Shown here one piece after another: positions 34,959 to 44,310 of a stretch of DNA of 64,000 bases; within the stretch, counting starts at the first letter, position 1, and every line of letters starts with the position of its first letter. The stretch is from assembly GCF_030406665.1 (NCBI RefSeq), contig NZ_CP129121.1, positions 3,162,256 to 3,226,255 on the forward strand, read 5' to 3'. A program made the position numbers and the translations under genes. The notes under the pieces are model-generated. The model was not told where the DNA came from. It made no database searches and was given only the letters and a program-made list of their open reading frames with translations. This DNA comes from Halomonas halophila. GTDB lineage: Bacteria > Pseudomonadota > Gammaproteobacteria > Pseudomonadales > Halomonadaceae.

Positions 34959-35933
34959 TTAGCGGCGAGTCTCGCGGTCTTCGCGCAGGAAGTCCAGCAG
35001 CATCAGCATGTCATCCGGCAGGGCGGCGCGAAAGGTCAGCGTCTCGCCGCTGGTCGGGTGCACGAAGGCCAGCTTGCGGGCGTGCAGCGCCTGGCGGGGG
35101 AACTCGCGCAGTACCTCCTTGAGCGTCTCGCCGGCGCCGGCCGGCAGCTTGAGGCGCCCGCCGTAGACCGGGTCGCCGATCAGCGGATAGTGCAGGTGCG
35201 CCAGGTGCACGCGGATCTGGTGGGTGCGGCCGGTCTCCAGCTTGCAGCGCACGTGGGTGTGGGCGCGGAAACGCTCGACCACCCGATAGTGCGTCACCGC
35301 CGGCTTGCCGGAGGCGGTCACCGCCTGGCGCTTGCGGTCCTTGGGGTGACGGCCGATGGCCGCGTCCACCTTGCCGCCGGAGGTCATTACCCCGACCGAG
35401 ACGGCGTCGTACTCGCGGGACACGGTACGCGCCTGGAGCTGCTCCACCAGCGCGGTCTGGGCGCCCAGGGTCTTGGCCACCACCATCAGCCCGCTGGTGT
35501 CCTTGTCCAGGCGATGCACGATGCCGGCCCGCGGCACCGCCGCCAGCGCGGGACAGTGATGCAGCAGGCCGTTGAGCAGGGTGCCATCGGGATTGCCGGC
35601 GGCCGGGTGCACCACCAGGCCGGGCGGCTTGTTGATCACCAGCACCTCGTCGTCCTCGTACACCACATCCAGCGGGATGTCCTCGGGCTCGAAGCGGGCA
35701 TCGTCCTCGACCGTCGCGGTCAGCGCCACGGCCTCGCCGCCGTAGACCTTGTCACGGGGCTTGGCGGGACGGCCGTCCAGGGTCAGCGCGCCCTCCTTGA
35801 TCCAGGCCTTGAGGCGTTCCCGGGAGAAGTCGGAGAAGAGGTCGGCGGCGGCCTGGTCGAGGCGCAGGCCGGCCATGTGCTCGGGGACGCGGTGCTGGGC
35901 TTCGAAGGTCTGGGACATGGACTCGATGATCAT
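34959..35933 (-). CDS. rluD: 23S rRNA pseudouridine(1911/1915/1917) synthase RluD
   Basis: S4 domain N-terminus and RluA-family catalytic '[16 protein letters not shown]'. Divergent from bamD, as in E. coli. Confidence 0.9.
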   Translation of the reverse strand: MIIESMSQTFEAQHRVPEHMAGLRLDQAAADLFSDFSRERLKAWIKEGALTLDGRPAKPRDKVYGGEAVALTATVEDDARFEPEDIPLDVVYEDDEVLVINKPPGLVVHPAAGNPDGTLLNGLLHHCPALAAVPRAGIVHRLDKDTSGLMVVAKTLGAQTALVEQLQARTVSREYDAVSVGVMTSGGKVDAAIGRHPKDRKRQAVTASGKPAVTHYRVVERFRAHTHVRCKLETGRTHQIRVHLAHLHYPLIGDPVYGGRLKLPAGAGETLKEVLREFPRQALHARKLAFVHPTSGETLTFRAALPDDMLMLLDFLREDRETRR

Positions 35934-36068
35934 CCGTCTGGGCGGTGGAGCGCTCCGCGGCAGCGCGCTCGGCGCGGTGACTGCGTTTTGCCACGAGGTG
36001 CTTTATAGTGGGCGAATTCGGGCCGATTCTAGCACGGCCACCCAGGGTTGTTTGACACGAGGATCACG

Positions 36069-36878
36069 ATGCGCGTTATCACGACCGGACCCCGCCTGGC
36101 CGTCATGCTGCTGGCGAGTGCCCTGCTGGCCGGCTGTGCCAGTTCTCAGGAGCAGGAGGCGCCTGACCTGCAGGAACGCCAGCTGTACGACGAGGGACGC
36201 TCGGCGCTGGAGGGCGGACGCTTTACCACCGCCATCAACCGGCTCGAAGCCATCGACACCCGCTTCCCGTTCGGCGATACCGCCGAGCAGGCCCAGCTGG
36301 AACTGATATACGCCTACTACCAGACCGACGACTGGGAGAAGGCGCGGGCCGCGGCCAGCCGTTTCATCCGCCTGCACCCGGACCATCCCCAGGTCGACTA
36401 CGCCTACTACCTGCGCGGTCTCTCCGCCTGGCAGGCCGGGCGCTTCAGCCTCGAAGGGCTGCGGCTGATCGACATCTCCAAGCGCGACCTGGGCGCCACC
36501 CGCGACGCCTATTCCGACTTCCGCGAGCTGGTCCAGCGCTTCCCCGACAGCCAGTACGCGCCGGATGCCCAGCAGCGCATCGTCTACCTGCGCAACGTGC
36601 TGGCCCGCCACGAGCTGCAGGTGGCCGACTTCTACCTGCGCAAGGGCGCCTACCTGGCGGCCGTCGAGCGTGGCCGCTGGGTCATCGAGCACTACCCCGA
36701 GGCACAGGCCACCCGTGACGCCCTGGCGACCATGGTCGAGGGCTACCTGGGGCTCGACATGACCGAGCGGGCGCGCGAGACCCTGCGGGTGCTGATCGAC
36801 AACGCCCCGGACCACGAGCGCCTCGACGGCCGCACCTTCGACCCGCAGTACGTCGACGCGGCCCCGATCACCGCCTGA
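36069..36878 (+). CDS. bamD: Outer-membrane protein assembly factor BamD (lipoprotein, TPR-like)
   Basis: Lipobox 'LLAGC'. 'AIDTRFPFGDTAEQAQLELIYAYY...HPDHPQVDYAYYLRGL' are BamD/ComL TPR motifs. ATG 36069 with 'gagga' SD. Confidence 0.9.
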   Translation: MRVITTGPRLAVMLLASALLAGCASSQEQEAPDLQERQLYDEGRSALEGGRFTTAINRLEAIDTRFPFGDTAEQAQLELIYAYYQTDDWEKARAAASRFIRLHPDHPQVDYAYYLRGLSAWQAGRFSLEGLRLIDISKRDLGATRDAYSDFRELVQRFPDSQYAPDAQQRIVYLRNVLARHELQVADFYLRKGAYLAAVERGRWVIEHYPEAQATRDALATMVEGYLGLDMTERARETLRVLIDNAPDHERLDGRTFDPQYVDAAPITA

Positions 36879-37087
36879 CAAGCTGCAAGCTGCAAGCTGC
36901 AAGCTGCAAGCTGCAAGCTGCAAGCTGCAAGCTGCAAGCTGCAAGCTGCAAGCTGCAAGCTGCAAGCTGCAAGCTGCAAGCTGCAAGCTGCAAGCTGCAA
37001 GCTGCAAGCTGCAAGCTGCAAGCTGCAAGCTGCAAGCTGCAAGCTGCAAGCTGCAAGCTGCAAGCTGCAAGCTGCAAGCTGCAAGTC
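36879..37087. repeat. Perfect tandem heptamer array (CAAGCTG)x29 plus one partial unit
   Basis: Begins immediately after the bamD TGA (36876-36878). 203 nt of uninterrupted CAAGCTG, then 'caagtc'. It produces artefactual (QLAACSL)n ORFs on the minus strand. Confidence 0.95.
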
Positions 37088-37116
37088 AGCAGCGTGAAAC
37101 CGCCCGCAGCAAAAGA

Positions 37117-37144
37117 AAACCCGAAGGCCTTGGCCTTCGGGTTT
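37117..37144. terminator. Bidirectional rho-independent terminator between convergent bamD and nadE
   Basis: aaacccgaaggcc-tt-ggccttcgggttt (13-bp perfect stem), with 'aaaag' upstream and 'tcttg' downstream. Confidence 0.7.
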
Positions 37145-37148
37145 TCTT

Positions 37149-37218
37149 GTAGCTCGGCGCTTGTAGCTCGGCGCTTGTAGCTCGGCGCTTGTAGCTCGGC
37201 GCTTGTAGCTCGGCGCTC
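37149..37218. repeat. Tandem 14-mer array (GTAGCTCGGCGCTT)x5, last unit ending ...GCTC
   Basis: Five head-to-tail copies between the terminator hairpin and the nadE stop (TAA at 37224-37226 on the minus strand). Confidence 0.9.
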
Positions 37219-37223
37219 GAGGC

Positions 37224-38855
37224 TTACTCGCCGGGCTGCCAGCCGTTGACGATGGGATAGCGGCGGTCGCGGCCGAAGCCGCGACGGGTGACGCGCACGC
37301 CCACCGGCGCCTGGCGACGCTTGTACTCGCAGCGGTCGACCAGTTTCACCACCTGATAGACATCGTCGCGCTCGAAGCCGGCGTCGATGATCGCCTCGGC
37401 ACTCATGTCGCCCTCGATGTAGCGCACCAGGATGGCATCCAGGACGTCATAGTCCGGCAGCGAATCGCTGTCCTGCTGGTCCGGCGCCAGCTCGGCGGAC
37501 GGCGGACGCTCGATGACCCGCTCGGGAATCGCCGGCGCCTGGGTGTTGCGCCAGCGCGCCAGGCGGTAGACCCAGGTCTTGTAGACGTCCTTGATGGCGT
37601 TGTAGCCGCCCACCATGTCGCCGTAGAGGGTGGCGTAGCCGACCGCCATCTCGCTCTTGTTGCCGGTGGTCAGCACCATCAGGCCCTTCTTGTTGGAGAT
37701 TGCCATCAGCAGCACGCCGCGGCAGCGCGACTGCAGGTTCTCCTCGGTGGTGTCGCGCTCGGTGCCGGCGAAACTCTCAGCCAGGGTCGACATGAAGGAC
37801 TCGACCATCGGCTCGATCGGCATCACCTCGTAGTCGACGCCCAGCAGCTCGGCCTGCTCGGCGGCGTCCTGCTTGGAAATGTCGGCGGTATAGTGGTACG
37901 GCATCATCACCGCGTGCACCCGCTGCGGCCCCAGCGCGTCCACCGCGATGGCCAGCGACAGCGCCGAGTCGATGCCGCCGGACAGGCCCAGCACCACACC
38001 CTTGAAGCCGCTCTTGTTGACGTAGTCGCGCAGTCCGGTGACCAGCGCGCAGTAGAGGTCCTCCTCGGGCTCGACCGACTCGTCGACCTCCCCGGCCTGG
38101 GGCACCCAGCGCTCCTGCTCGCGCACGAACTGTACCGGCATCAGCCCCACCGCCCAGTGCGGCGCCTGAACGCGCAGCTGGCCGTCGGCGTCGACACAGG
38201 CCGAGCCGCCGTCGAACACCAGCTCGTCCTGGCCACCGATCTGGTTGACATAGACGATCGGCAGCGACGCCTCGCGGGCGCGCTGCTCGAGCAGCGCCAG
38301 ACGCTCGGCGGGCTTGTCCTGATGGAAGGGCGAAGCGTTGAGGGTGACCAGGATCTCGGCCCCGGCGTCCCGTGCCTGCTGCACCGGCGCCTCGGCCCAG
38401 ACATCCTCGCAGATCAGGATGCCGAGCCTGGCGCCCTTGTGCTCGATCACCAGCGGCCGGGTGCCGACCGCGAAGTAACGCTGCTCGTCGAACACCTGGT
38501 AGTTGGGCAGCGCCTGCTTGGCGTATTCGTCGAGCCACTCGCCGTTGTAGAGCACGCCGGCCAGGTTCCAGGTCTGCCCCTCGCGGCGCCCGGGATAGCC
38601 GACGATCACCATCACGTCACGGGACATCTTCTCGGCCATCCGTGCCCGGGCCTCGCGCAGCCGCGTTTCCATGGAAGGGCGCAGCAGCAGGTCCTCCGGC
38701 GGATAGCCAGTCAGGAACAGCTCGGGCAGCACCACGATATCGGCACCATGCTCGATGCGCGCCTCGCGAACCGTCTCGATGGCCCGGTCGGTGTTGCCGG
38801 GAATGTCCCCCACCAGGGGGTCCAGCTGAGCCATCACCAGCGTCAGGTCTTGCAT
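37224..38855 (-). CDS. nadE: Glutamine-dependent NAD+ synthetase (N-terminal nitrilase/CN-hydrolase domain plus C-terminal NAD synthetase domain)
   Basis: 'MQDLTLVMAQLDPLVGDI...' CN-hydrolase domain with catalytic 'LGILICEDVW'. PP-loop 'GLSGGIDSAL' in the synthetase domain. Start at ATG 38855; the maximal ORF starts with TTG 38921. Confidence 0.85.
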   Translation of the reverse strand: MQDLTLVMAQLDPLVGDIPGNTDRAIETVREARIEHGADIVVLPELFLTGYPPEDLLLRPSMETRLREARARMAEKMSRDVMVIVGYPGRREGQTWNLAGVLYNGEWLDEYAKQALPNYQVFDEQRYFAVGTRPLVIEHKGARLGILICEDVWAEAPVQQARDAGAEILVTLNASPFHQDKPAERLALLEQRAREASLPIVYVNQIGGQDELVFDGGSACVDADGQLRVQAPHWAVGLMPVQFVREQERWVPQAGEVDESVEPEEDLYCALVTGLRDYVNKSGFKGVVLGLSGGIDSALSLAIAVDALGPQRVHAVMMPYHYTADISKQDAAEQAELLGVDYEVMPIEPMVESFMSTLAESFAGTERDTTEENLQSRCRGVLLMAISNKKGLMVLTTGNKSEMAVGYATLYGDMVGGYNAIKDVYKTWVYRLARWRNTQAPAIPERVIERPPSAELAPDQQDSDSLPDYDVLDAILVRYIEGDMSAEAIIDAGFERDDVYQVVKLVDRCEYKRRQAPVGVRVTRRGFGRDRRYPIVNGWQPGE

Positions 38856-38954
38856 GGGCGTAGAAATCTCTCGAGAATCCTTGGATACCCGCATTGTCCC
38901 GCAAGGGCGGTCGAGTGGCAAAGGCGGCCGACACGCTACAGGGAGCGCTTAAGG

Positions 38955-39212
38955 ATGAACCTCTTGCTGATCCGCCTGATCATCTTCGCCGTGCTGTTCT
39001 TCGCCGGCCTCAAGCTCTATCGCATGTACCGCGAATGGAAACTCGACCGGGAAGACGCCGACCAGGCAAGCCATCAGGGCGGACAGATGGTCCGCTGCGC
39101 CTGGTGTCAGGTGCACCTGCCGGAAAACGACGCCCTGCGCGAGAAGGGCGAGTGGTTCTGCTCCACCGACCACCGCGACAAGTATCTGGAGGAGCGCCGG
39201 CGCGAGGACTGA
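38955..39212 (+). CDS. Small membrane-anchored protein with a C-terminal Cys/His zinc-ribbon-like motif
   Basis: 85 aa. N-terminal TM 'LLLIRLIIFAVLFFAGLKL' and C-terminal 'CAWCQVHLPENDALREKGEWFCSTDH' (CxxC...C..H). ATG preceded by 'aagg'. Confidence 0.55.
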   Translation: MNLLLIRLIIFAVLFFAGLKLYRMYREWKLDREDADQASHQGGQMVRCAWCQVHLPENDALREKGEWFCSTDHRDKYLEERRRED

Positions 39213-39252
39213 CGGCGCCGCCCTCCTCTCTTCGACCGCACCGCGCTCTTCG

Positions 39253-40356
39253 TTACCGCCTCGATGTCACCCGGCCTTCGAGACGGTACGGCACCGGATC
39301 GAGTATCGGCTCGCGCCCCAGCAGCGCGTCGACCAGCAGGTGCGTCGAGGCCGGCGCCAGCACCAGCCCGTTACGGTAGTGGCCGGCATTGACGTGGAGA
39401 CCCTCCAGCCCCGGCACCGCGCCGATGAACGGCACGCCGTCCGGCGATCCCGGGCGCAGCCCCGCCCAGTGATGCTCCACCTCGCACTCGGCCAGCGCCG
39501 GCACGATGCCGATCGCCGACGCGCGCAACGAGGCCTTCGCCTCGGCGTCCGTGGTCTTGTCGAAACCGGTCTCCTCGAGGGTCGAGCCGGCCAGCACCCG
39601 GCCATCGGCCCGCGGAATCACATAGCGTCCGTCCATCAGTACCACGCGATTCACCAGCCCCGGCGGCGCCTCGAACAGGATCATCTGCCCCTTCACCGGG
39701 CGCACCGGCAGCGCCATCCAGACCCGCTCGAGCAGTTCCGCCGCCCAGGCGCCGCCGCAGACGATCGTGTGATCGCCCTCGACGATGCCGTCCGCGGTCT
39801 CGACGCCCGTGACCCGCGCCGCCGACTGCCGGAAGCCCGTGACCTCGCTGCCCTCTCGCAGCGTGACGCGAGGCATGGCCTCGAGCCGGCAGCGCAGCGC
39901 CTGGCCCAGGCGAGGATTGCGGATGCTGCCGAGGGTCGGCATCCACAGCGCATCATCGAAGCCCGGCGCGGCCTGTGGCTCCTTGGCATAGAGGAAATCG
40001 GCCGAGACCCGCTCCAGCGGTTTGCCCACCTCACGCGCCCAGCGCTCGGCCTGGGCCTCGTCATCGACCCGCAGGTAGAGCAGGCCCTTCTGACGATATT
40101 CCGGATCGACGCCGGTTTCCTCGAAGAGCCGCAGGGCCAGCTCGGGATAGAAGCCCTCCGACCAGGTGGCAAGGCGGGAGACGGGCGCCGAGTGGCGCCA
40201 GGGATAGAGCGGCGAGACGATGCCGCCACCGGCCCAGGAGGCCTCGCGGCCGCAGCGGCCGCGCTCGAGAAGGGTCACCGAATGGCCGGCATCGGCCAGT
40301 TGCAGGGTCGTCATCATGCCGATGACGCCACCGCCCACGACGAGGAAATCGCTCAC
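39253..40356 (-). CDS. thiO: FAD-dependent glycine/D-amino-acid oxidase (ThiO-like)
   Basis: N-terminal dinucleotide-binding 'DFLVVGGGVIGMMTTLQLADAGHSVTLLER' and a C-terminal DAO-family domain. Start at GTG 40356 so the GxGxxG motif is N-terminal. No clear SD. Confidence 0.7.
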   Translation of the reverse strand: MSDFLVVGGGVIGMMTTLQLADAGHSVTLLERGRCGREASWAGGGIVSPLYPWRHSAPVSRLATWSEGFYPELALRLFEETGVDPEYRQKGLLYLRVDDEAQAERWAREVGKPLERVSADFLYAKEPQAAPGFDDALWMPTLGSIRNPRLGQALRCRLEAMPRVTLREGSEVTGFRQSAARVTGVETADGIVEGDHTIVCGGAWAAELLERVWMALPVRPVKGQMILFEAPPGLVNRVVLMDGRYVIPRADGRVLAGSTLEETGFDKTTDAEAKASLRASAIGIVPALAECEVEHHWAGLRPGSPDGVPFIGAVPGLEGLHVNAGHYRNGLVLAPASTHLLVDALLGREPILDPVPYRLEGRVTSRR

Positions 40357-40454
40357 GAGGCGTGTCCGAATTGACTGACAGTAGGAGTACGACGTCCGGC
40401 CAATAGTTAAGACGAGACCGCCAAGAAAGCCGAGACTTTGCCAAGGGGGACCAC

Positions 40455-41018
40455 ATGGCACCCGACGCCGCCGAAGAACGCTACCTTACCGACAAGCCGC
40501 GTAACTTGGCAAAGCCCGCCGCCAGGGGCTTCACGCTGATCGAGCTGCTGGTGGCGCTGGCGGTGCTGGTGATCATGGCCACCGTGGCCGTGCCCGGCTT
40601 TCAGCGGATGATGGCGCGAAATGAAGTGGCCGCCGAGGTGATGCGGCTAAAGTCAGCACTCGCCATGACGCGCAGCGCCGCCATTACCCGGCGCAGTACC
40701 GTGACCCTCTGCCCCACCGTCGACATGACCCAATGTCGGATCGACAACAACGCCGACGGAAAAGCCTGGCTGGCCACACTGGCCATCTTCGAAGGGCGCG
40801 GCGAACCCGGTGATGCTCTGCTGCGCAGCTTCGACGAGAGCCGCCTGCCGTCGCTGACCTACCGCAACGATAACCGTCCGGTGCGCTATGCGGCACTGGG
40901 CCGATCATCGGGGTATAACGGTACCTTTCGTCTCTGCGGGCGGCACGAAGAGGGCGCCAGGGTCATCGTCAATAACGTTGGTCGGGTTCGCGTCGATTCC
41001 CGGCGGCCTCCTTGTTGA
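40455..41018 (+). CDS. fimT: Type IV pilus minor pilin FimT (GspH-family pseudopilin)
   Basis: Prepilin peptidase site and N-terminal helix '[26 protein letters not shown]'. GspH/FimT-like size. The 24-aa leader is long, so the true start may be later. Confidence 0.75.
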   Translation: MAPDAAEERYLTDKPRNLAKPAARGFTLIELLVALAVLVIMATVAVPGFQRMMARNEVAAEVMRLKSALAMTRSAAITRRSTVTLCPTVDMTQCRIDNNADGKAWLATLAIFEGRGEPGDALLRSFDESRLPSLTYRNDNRPVRYAALGRSSGYNGTFRLCGRHEEGARVIVNNVGRVRVDSRRPPC

Positions 41019-41124
41019 TAGAGTACAGCCTCGCCAAGCACTTGACCTTTTTCCGGCCCACCGATGAGTCATTGGGGAGACAAGGTGTACGACATCACCT
41101 TTACAACGCTTCCCGGGAAAGGCA

Positions 41125-42825
41125 TCAGTGCCAACTATCCAACATAAGCGGCATGTCATCCTGCACCAAAGAAACCTCTTTCAAGGCCTCATCGAAGTGT
41201 ATATCCCCTGATCCCCTCATGTCGATCCAACCGGCTCTTAAAGCACCGAAGATCGAACCACTCCCAGTAATCACCACATCGGTATCTGGAGCAACAATGT
41301 CGATGAAAGCGTTGTTGGCCCCACTGACCGTCACCCCTGCATTATTAGGAGAGCCTCCATACTCACCATAAGAACTATACAGGGCAATCGCCGGCCGTTT
41401 CTCTTGGCCATTCACATCTCGAACAAACGCGCCAGAGCTTAAAAGCTGAGACCCGCCTCCCAGCCTTGTCTTGCCGGCAACCAGGACGGTCAGCGTTGAA
41501 TTCTCATCCACGACCAGCCGTGTGTTATTACCGAGATCAAAATCTCCATCGACCACCAGCGTCACATCGCCCTTGACCAATAACTGTTTCAACCTGCCGC
41601 CGGCAGTCACGTCTTGATCGACACGAAGATACGTTGTCTCTTCTTGAAGACCCAACTCCGTGGAGGCCGCATCGTTATTTCCAGATCCACCCGTGAAGGA
41701 GAATCTCCCTCCTTTGACAGCATAGCAATGCCCACAGCCTTGCTGTTCAAACCAGGCAGAGATGCTTACAACATCTTCATTATCCCAGACATTATCGAAC
41801 AAGACTCCGGGGCCGCCCGTTTCGCTTGTTACACCGACAGGATCGCAGCGCTCAGAATTGTTGTAAACTGGGGGGATAAACGGAGACTGGTATTCATGGT
41901 AGTTCGCTGCCAGCTCCATTTTGGCGTCGTCCCACTTCCACCACTCAGGATATGAGACACTTCCTGATGCAGTGATCGAAGCAGGTGGATTATTCGTCGA
42001 GCCGATGACAGCATTTCCTCCAGTCGTCACCTCCCCCTCCATCGTTGACGCCGTACCAAATGCCACATTTCCTCCGGCCACCAGGTTACCGTAGATAGTC
42101 CCGTTCATATCGACATCACCATCGACCATCACATTGCCATAGATGGGTGTTCCACCATCCAAGGAAAGGTCTCCGGGAACCTCCACACGACCATACACAG
42201 GCGAGTGACCACTCAACGAGAGACTGGCCCCTTCGGAGAGGGCCTTTACTACGGCTTCCCGTCTCAGACCATTAAAAATCTCCTGCCCATCGACGACGAC
42301 ACTCTCCCCATAAGCCCCGTAACTGGAATTATAGCTATCAACTTGAGGACCACCTCCAAGTCTTATCCCTTCACAGCCGACAACACCTTTATCATATTCC
42401 TCGGCCCCAGCGGACACGACCTCGGCAACGACCGGCAGGCTTCTAACGCCCCCCCCGCCCGAGACACCTCCCATCGCGATGATATATTTATCTCCATCGT
42501 CTTCAACATACTGGTAGTAGCAAAGCAAAGGCGCGTCACACTCGTTGTCAGCGCCGCCTTTTATATCAGAAAAGGCCATATCCGAAATATCATCAACAGA
42601 AAAATCATCTATTGAAATCCAGTCAGGCTCACCACCATCGCGAAGAAGCTTCCAGGCTTCCGAAAGTGCCTGCTCTGCCCCCATCTGCGCCTGAGCCGCC
42701 GCCTTGTAATTACCTGCCAGCCGCTCGTCGATCAACGATGACTGCATGCTGGAAAGCCCCATCATCAGCGACACCGTCAGCAGCGAGAGAACGACAAGTA
42801 GAGCGGCGCCTTTTTCTCTTTTCAT
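41125..42825 (-). CDS. pilX: PilX-like minor pilin with a ~400-aa C-terminal beta-helix-like (bactofilin/DUF342-like repeat) extension
   Basis: Start at ATG 42825 ('aggtg' SD). N-terminus 'MKREKGAALLVVLSLLTVSLMMGLSSMQSSLIDERLAGNYKAAAQAQMGAEQAL' is the PilX N-terminal domain. The C-terminal region has repeats such as 'VYGRVEVPGDLSLDGGTPIYGNVMVDGDVDMNGTIYGNLVAGGNVAFG'. Visibly lower GC than its neighbours. Confidence 0.7.
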   Translation of the reverse strand: MKREKGAALLVVLSLLTVSLMMGLSSMQSSLIDERLAGNYKAAAQAQMGAEQALSEAWKLLRDGGEPDWISIDDFSVDDISDMAFSDIKGGADNECDAPLLCYYQYVEDDGDKYIIAMGGVSGGGGVRSLPVVAEVVSAGAEEYDKGVVGCEGIRLGGGPQVDSYNSSYGAYGESVVVDGQEIFNGLRREAVVKALSEGASLSLSGHSPVYGRVEVPGDLSLDGGTPIYGNVMVDGDVDMNGTIYGNLVAGGNVAFGTASTMEGEVTTGGNAVIGSTNNPPASITASGSVSYPEWWKWDDAKMELAANYHEYQSPFIPPVYNNSERCDPVGVTSETGGPGVLFDNVWDNEDVVSISAWFEQQGCGHCYAVKGGRFSFTGGSGNNDAASTELGLQEETTYLRVDQDVTAGGRLKQLLVKGDVTLVVDGDFDLGNNTRLVVDENSTLTVLVAGKTRLGGGSQLLSSGAFVRDVNGQEKRPAIALYSSYGEYGGSPNNAGVTVSGANNAFIDIVAPDTDVVITGSGSIFGALRAGWIDMRGSGDIHFDEALKEVSLVQDDMPLMLDSWH

Positions 42826-42896
42826 TTCCACACCTGGACGGATGTTGAGCGGCGTTCTGATATTCCGATGACGTGACTCATATTGCCTCACTCTAT

Positions 42897-43448
42897 TCAG
42901 TCAGAACCAGAAGCATGCCTGACGGCCTCTGTTCTATTGACGGCAAGGAAACGTAACGTATCCGGTGCCCCATCCTGCCCTGCCGGAACAAGCTCCAGCA
43001 TGACCGTCACGCCATAATCCCCTGCAGAGGCGACGCGGAACCCATTATTCGTCAGGCCGCTCACCACTTCCTGGGCACCAGCCCCGTCGTTTTTATCGAT
43101 CGTCAGGGCGTAACCATGGCCCGCCTCTCCCGCCATGTCCCCCAGTCGATAAGTGACATCGCGCACGCTTCCCGATTCGCAATCGCCACCATCGGGCAGG
43201 GTCAGAGTCAGACTGTCCCCGTTCATCGTTTCACTGGCAGCCGCCTTGTTCCAGCAGGCGCGCCTGATGTCTCTCAACAGCGAATCGACGGCGAAGTTCA
43301 CCGCCGCCTGCTTTTCACCGAGCGCCTCCACCTGGCGCTGGGTCTGAAACACCGTCAGGAACAGTTGGCCGGCCCCCAGGATGATGACCAGGCCAATCAC
43401 CATAGCCACCATCAGTTCGACAAGAGAAAAGCCGCGGCTATGCTTCAT
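42897..43448 (-). CDS. pilW: Type IV pilus assembly protein PilW (minor pilin)
   Basis: Start at ATG 43448 (MKHSRGFSLVELMVAMVIGLVIILG), overlapping the pilV stop as ATGA. Prepilin N-terminal motif GFSLVE. Confidence 0.75.
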   Translation of the reverse strand: MKHSRGFSLVELMVAMVIGLVIILGAGQLFLTVFQTQRQVEALGEKQAAVNFAVDSLLRDIRRACWNKAAASETMNGDSLTLTLPDGGDCESGSVRDVTYRLGDMAGEAGHGYALTIDKNDGAGAQEVVSGLTNNGFRVASAGDYGVTVMLELVPAGQDGAPDTLRFLAVNRTEAVRHASGSD

Positions 43449-43873
43449 GGCACCACCCGACCAGGAAGCCTGACACGATACTCGAATGCAGGAGGCCCCT
43501 CGGAAGAGAATCTTTCCTCCGCCCAGGCAATATCGATGTCGAATTCGCATTCGCCATGGCCATTGACAGGGGTGTTGCTCAACCCTGGAAGAAAAGTGGA
43601 CCACTGATCATGCCAACCCGCTTCGAGCCCATTGACCACACTCTCGGAAGGGCATGACAACTCTTTCTCTTCGGCCATCTCGGCCCACAGTCTCTCCTGT
43701 GCATCCTGCGCCGCCAGGCTGGCGATGGAACGCTGGTAGGCAGCATGAGCGCCTTGCAAGGCCTTGAGCTGCATGCCTGCCACACCCAGCAGGCCGATGG
43801 AAAGCACCAGCAGGGCGATCAGCGCCTCAAGCAGGGAGAAGCCACGCTGTATGGACGTTGCCACTGGCATCAT
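43445..43873 (-). CDS. pilV: Type IV pilus modification protein PilV (minor pilin)
   Basis: 'RGFSLLEALIALLVLSIGLLGVAGMQ' is the PilV signature. Start at ATG 43873, overlapping the upstream gene's stop (ATGATGA). Confidence 0.8.
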   Translation of the reverse strand: MMPVATSIQRGFSLLEALIALLVLSIGLLGVAGMQLKALQGAHAAYQRSIASLAAQDAQERLWAEMAEEKELSCPSESVVNGLEAGWHDQWSTFLPGLSNTPVNGHGECEFDIDIAWAEERFSSEGPPAFEYRVRLPGRVVP

Positions 43874-44307
43874 GCCTCCCCGACCCGTCCCATTGGGCTG
43901 ATACTGATCGCGCGGTTCCTGACATCCGAGTAAGTGTTGCTCAAGAATAGCGTGCACCCCGATGCGCAGCCCCCCGTCGGCTTCCCTAGCGGCCCGAAGG
44001 TCACGGAAAAGCCCTCGGATAACGCCGTGCGTGTGTCTTCACCGCTGCGTTGGCGCAGGACGCTGCCATCCACCACGCCATACCGCCAAGGAGTGGCCTG
44101 CGTCACCGTGAACGTCACGTCTTCACGACGTTTTATCGCTTCACTCCTGGCGTAGTTGAGGCCGACAAGTACTTCATTGTATTCCGAAGACACCCGGCTC
44201 GCGGCCATCATGCGCTGGAAATCCGGGATCGCGACGGTCGCCAGTATCATGGCCACTGCGATGGTGACCAGAAGCTCGATCAGGGTGAATCCAGAGGCAC
44301 GCTTCAT
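43870..44307 (-). CDS. fimU: FimU/GspH-family minor pilin
   Basis: '[30 protein letters not shown]' prepilin N-terminus. 145 aa. Lies upstream of pilV-pilW-pilX, as fimU does in Pseudomonas. Confidence 0.75.
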   Translation of the reverse strand: MKRASGFTLIELLVTIAVAMILATVAIPDFQRMMAASRVSSEYNEVLVGLNYARSEAIKRREDVTFTVTQATPWRYGVVDGSVLRQRSGEDTRTALSEGFSVTFGPLGKPTGGCASGCTLFLSNTYSDVRNRAISISPMGRVGEA

Positions 44308-44310
44308 AGG

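Noticed and set aside
36003-37084. Several minus-strand ORFs (up to 355 aa) translating as (QLAACSL)n
   Set aside because: They are purely the reverse-complement reading of the (CAAGCTG)29 tandem repeat. They have no start context, overlap rluD, bamD and nadE, and are not a real protein.
36879-37218. Possibility that the tandem arrays are a CRISPR array
   Set aside because: The units are 7 nt and 14 nt, directly abutting with no unique spacers. No cas genes or leader are present. They are simple tandem repeats.
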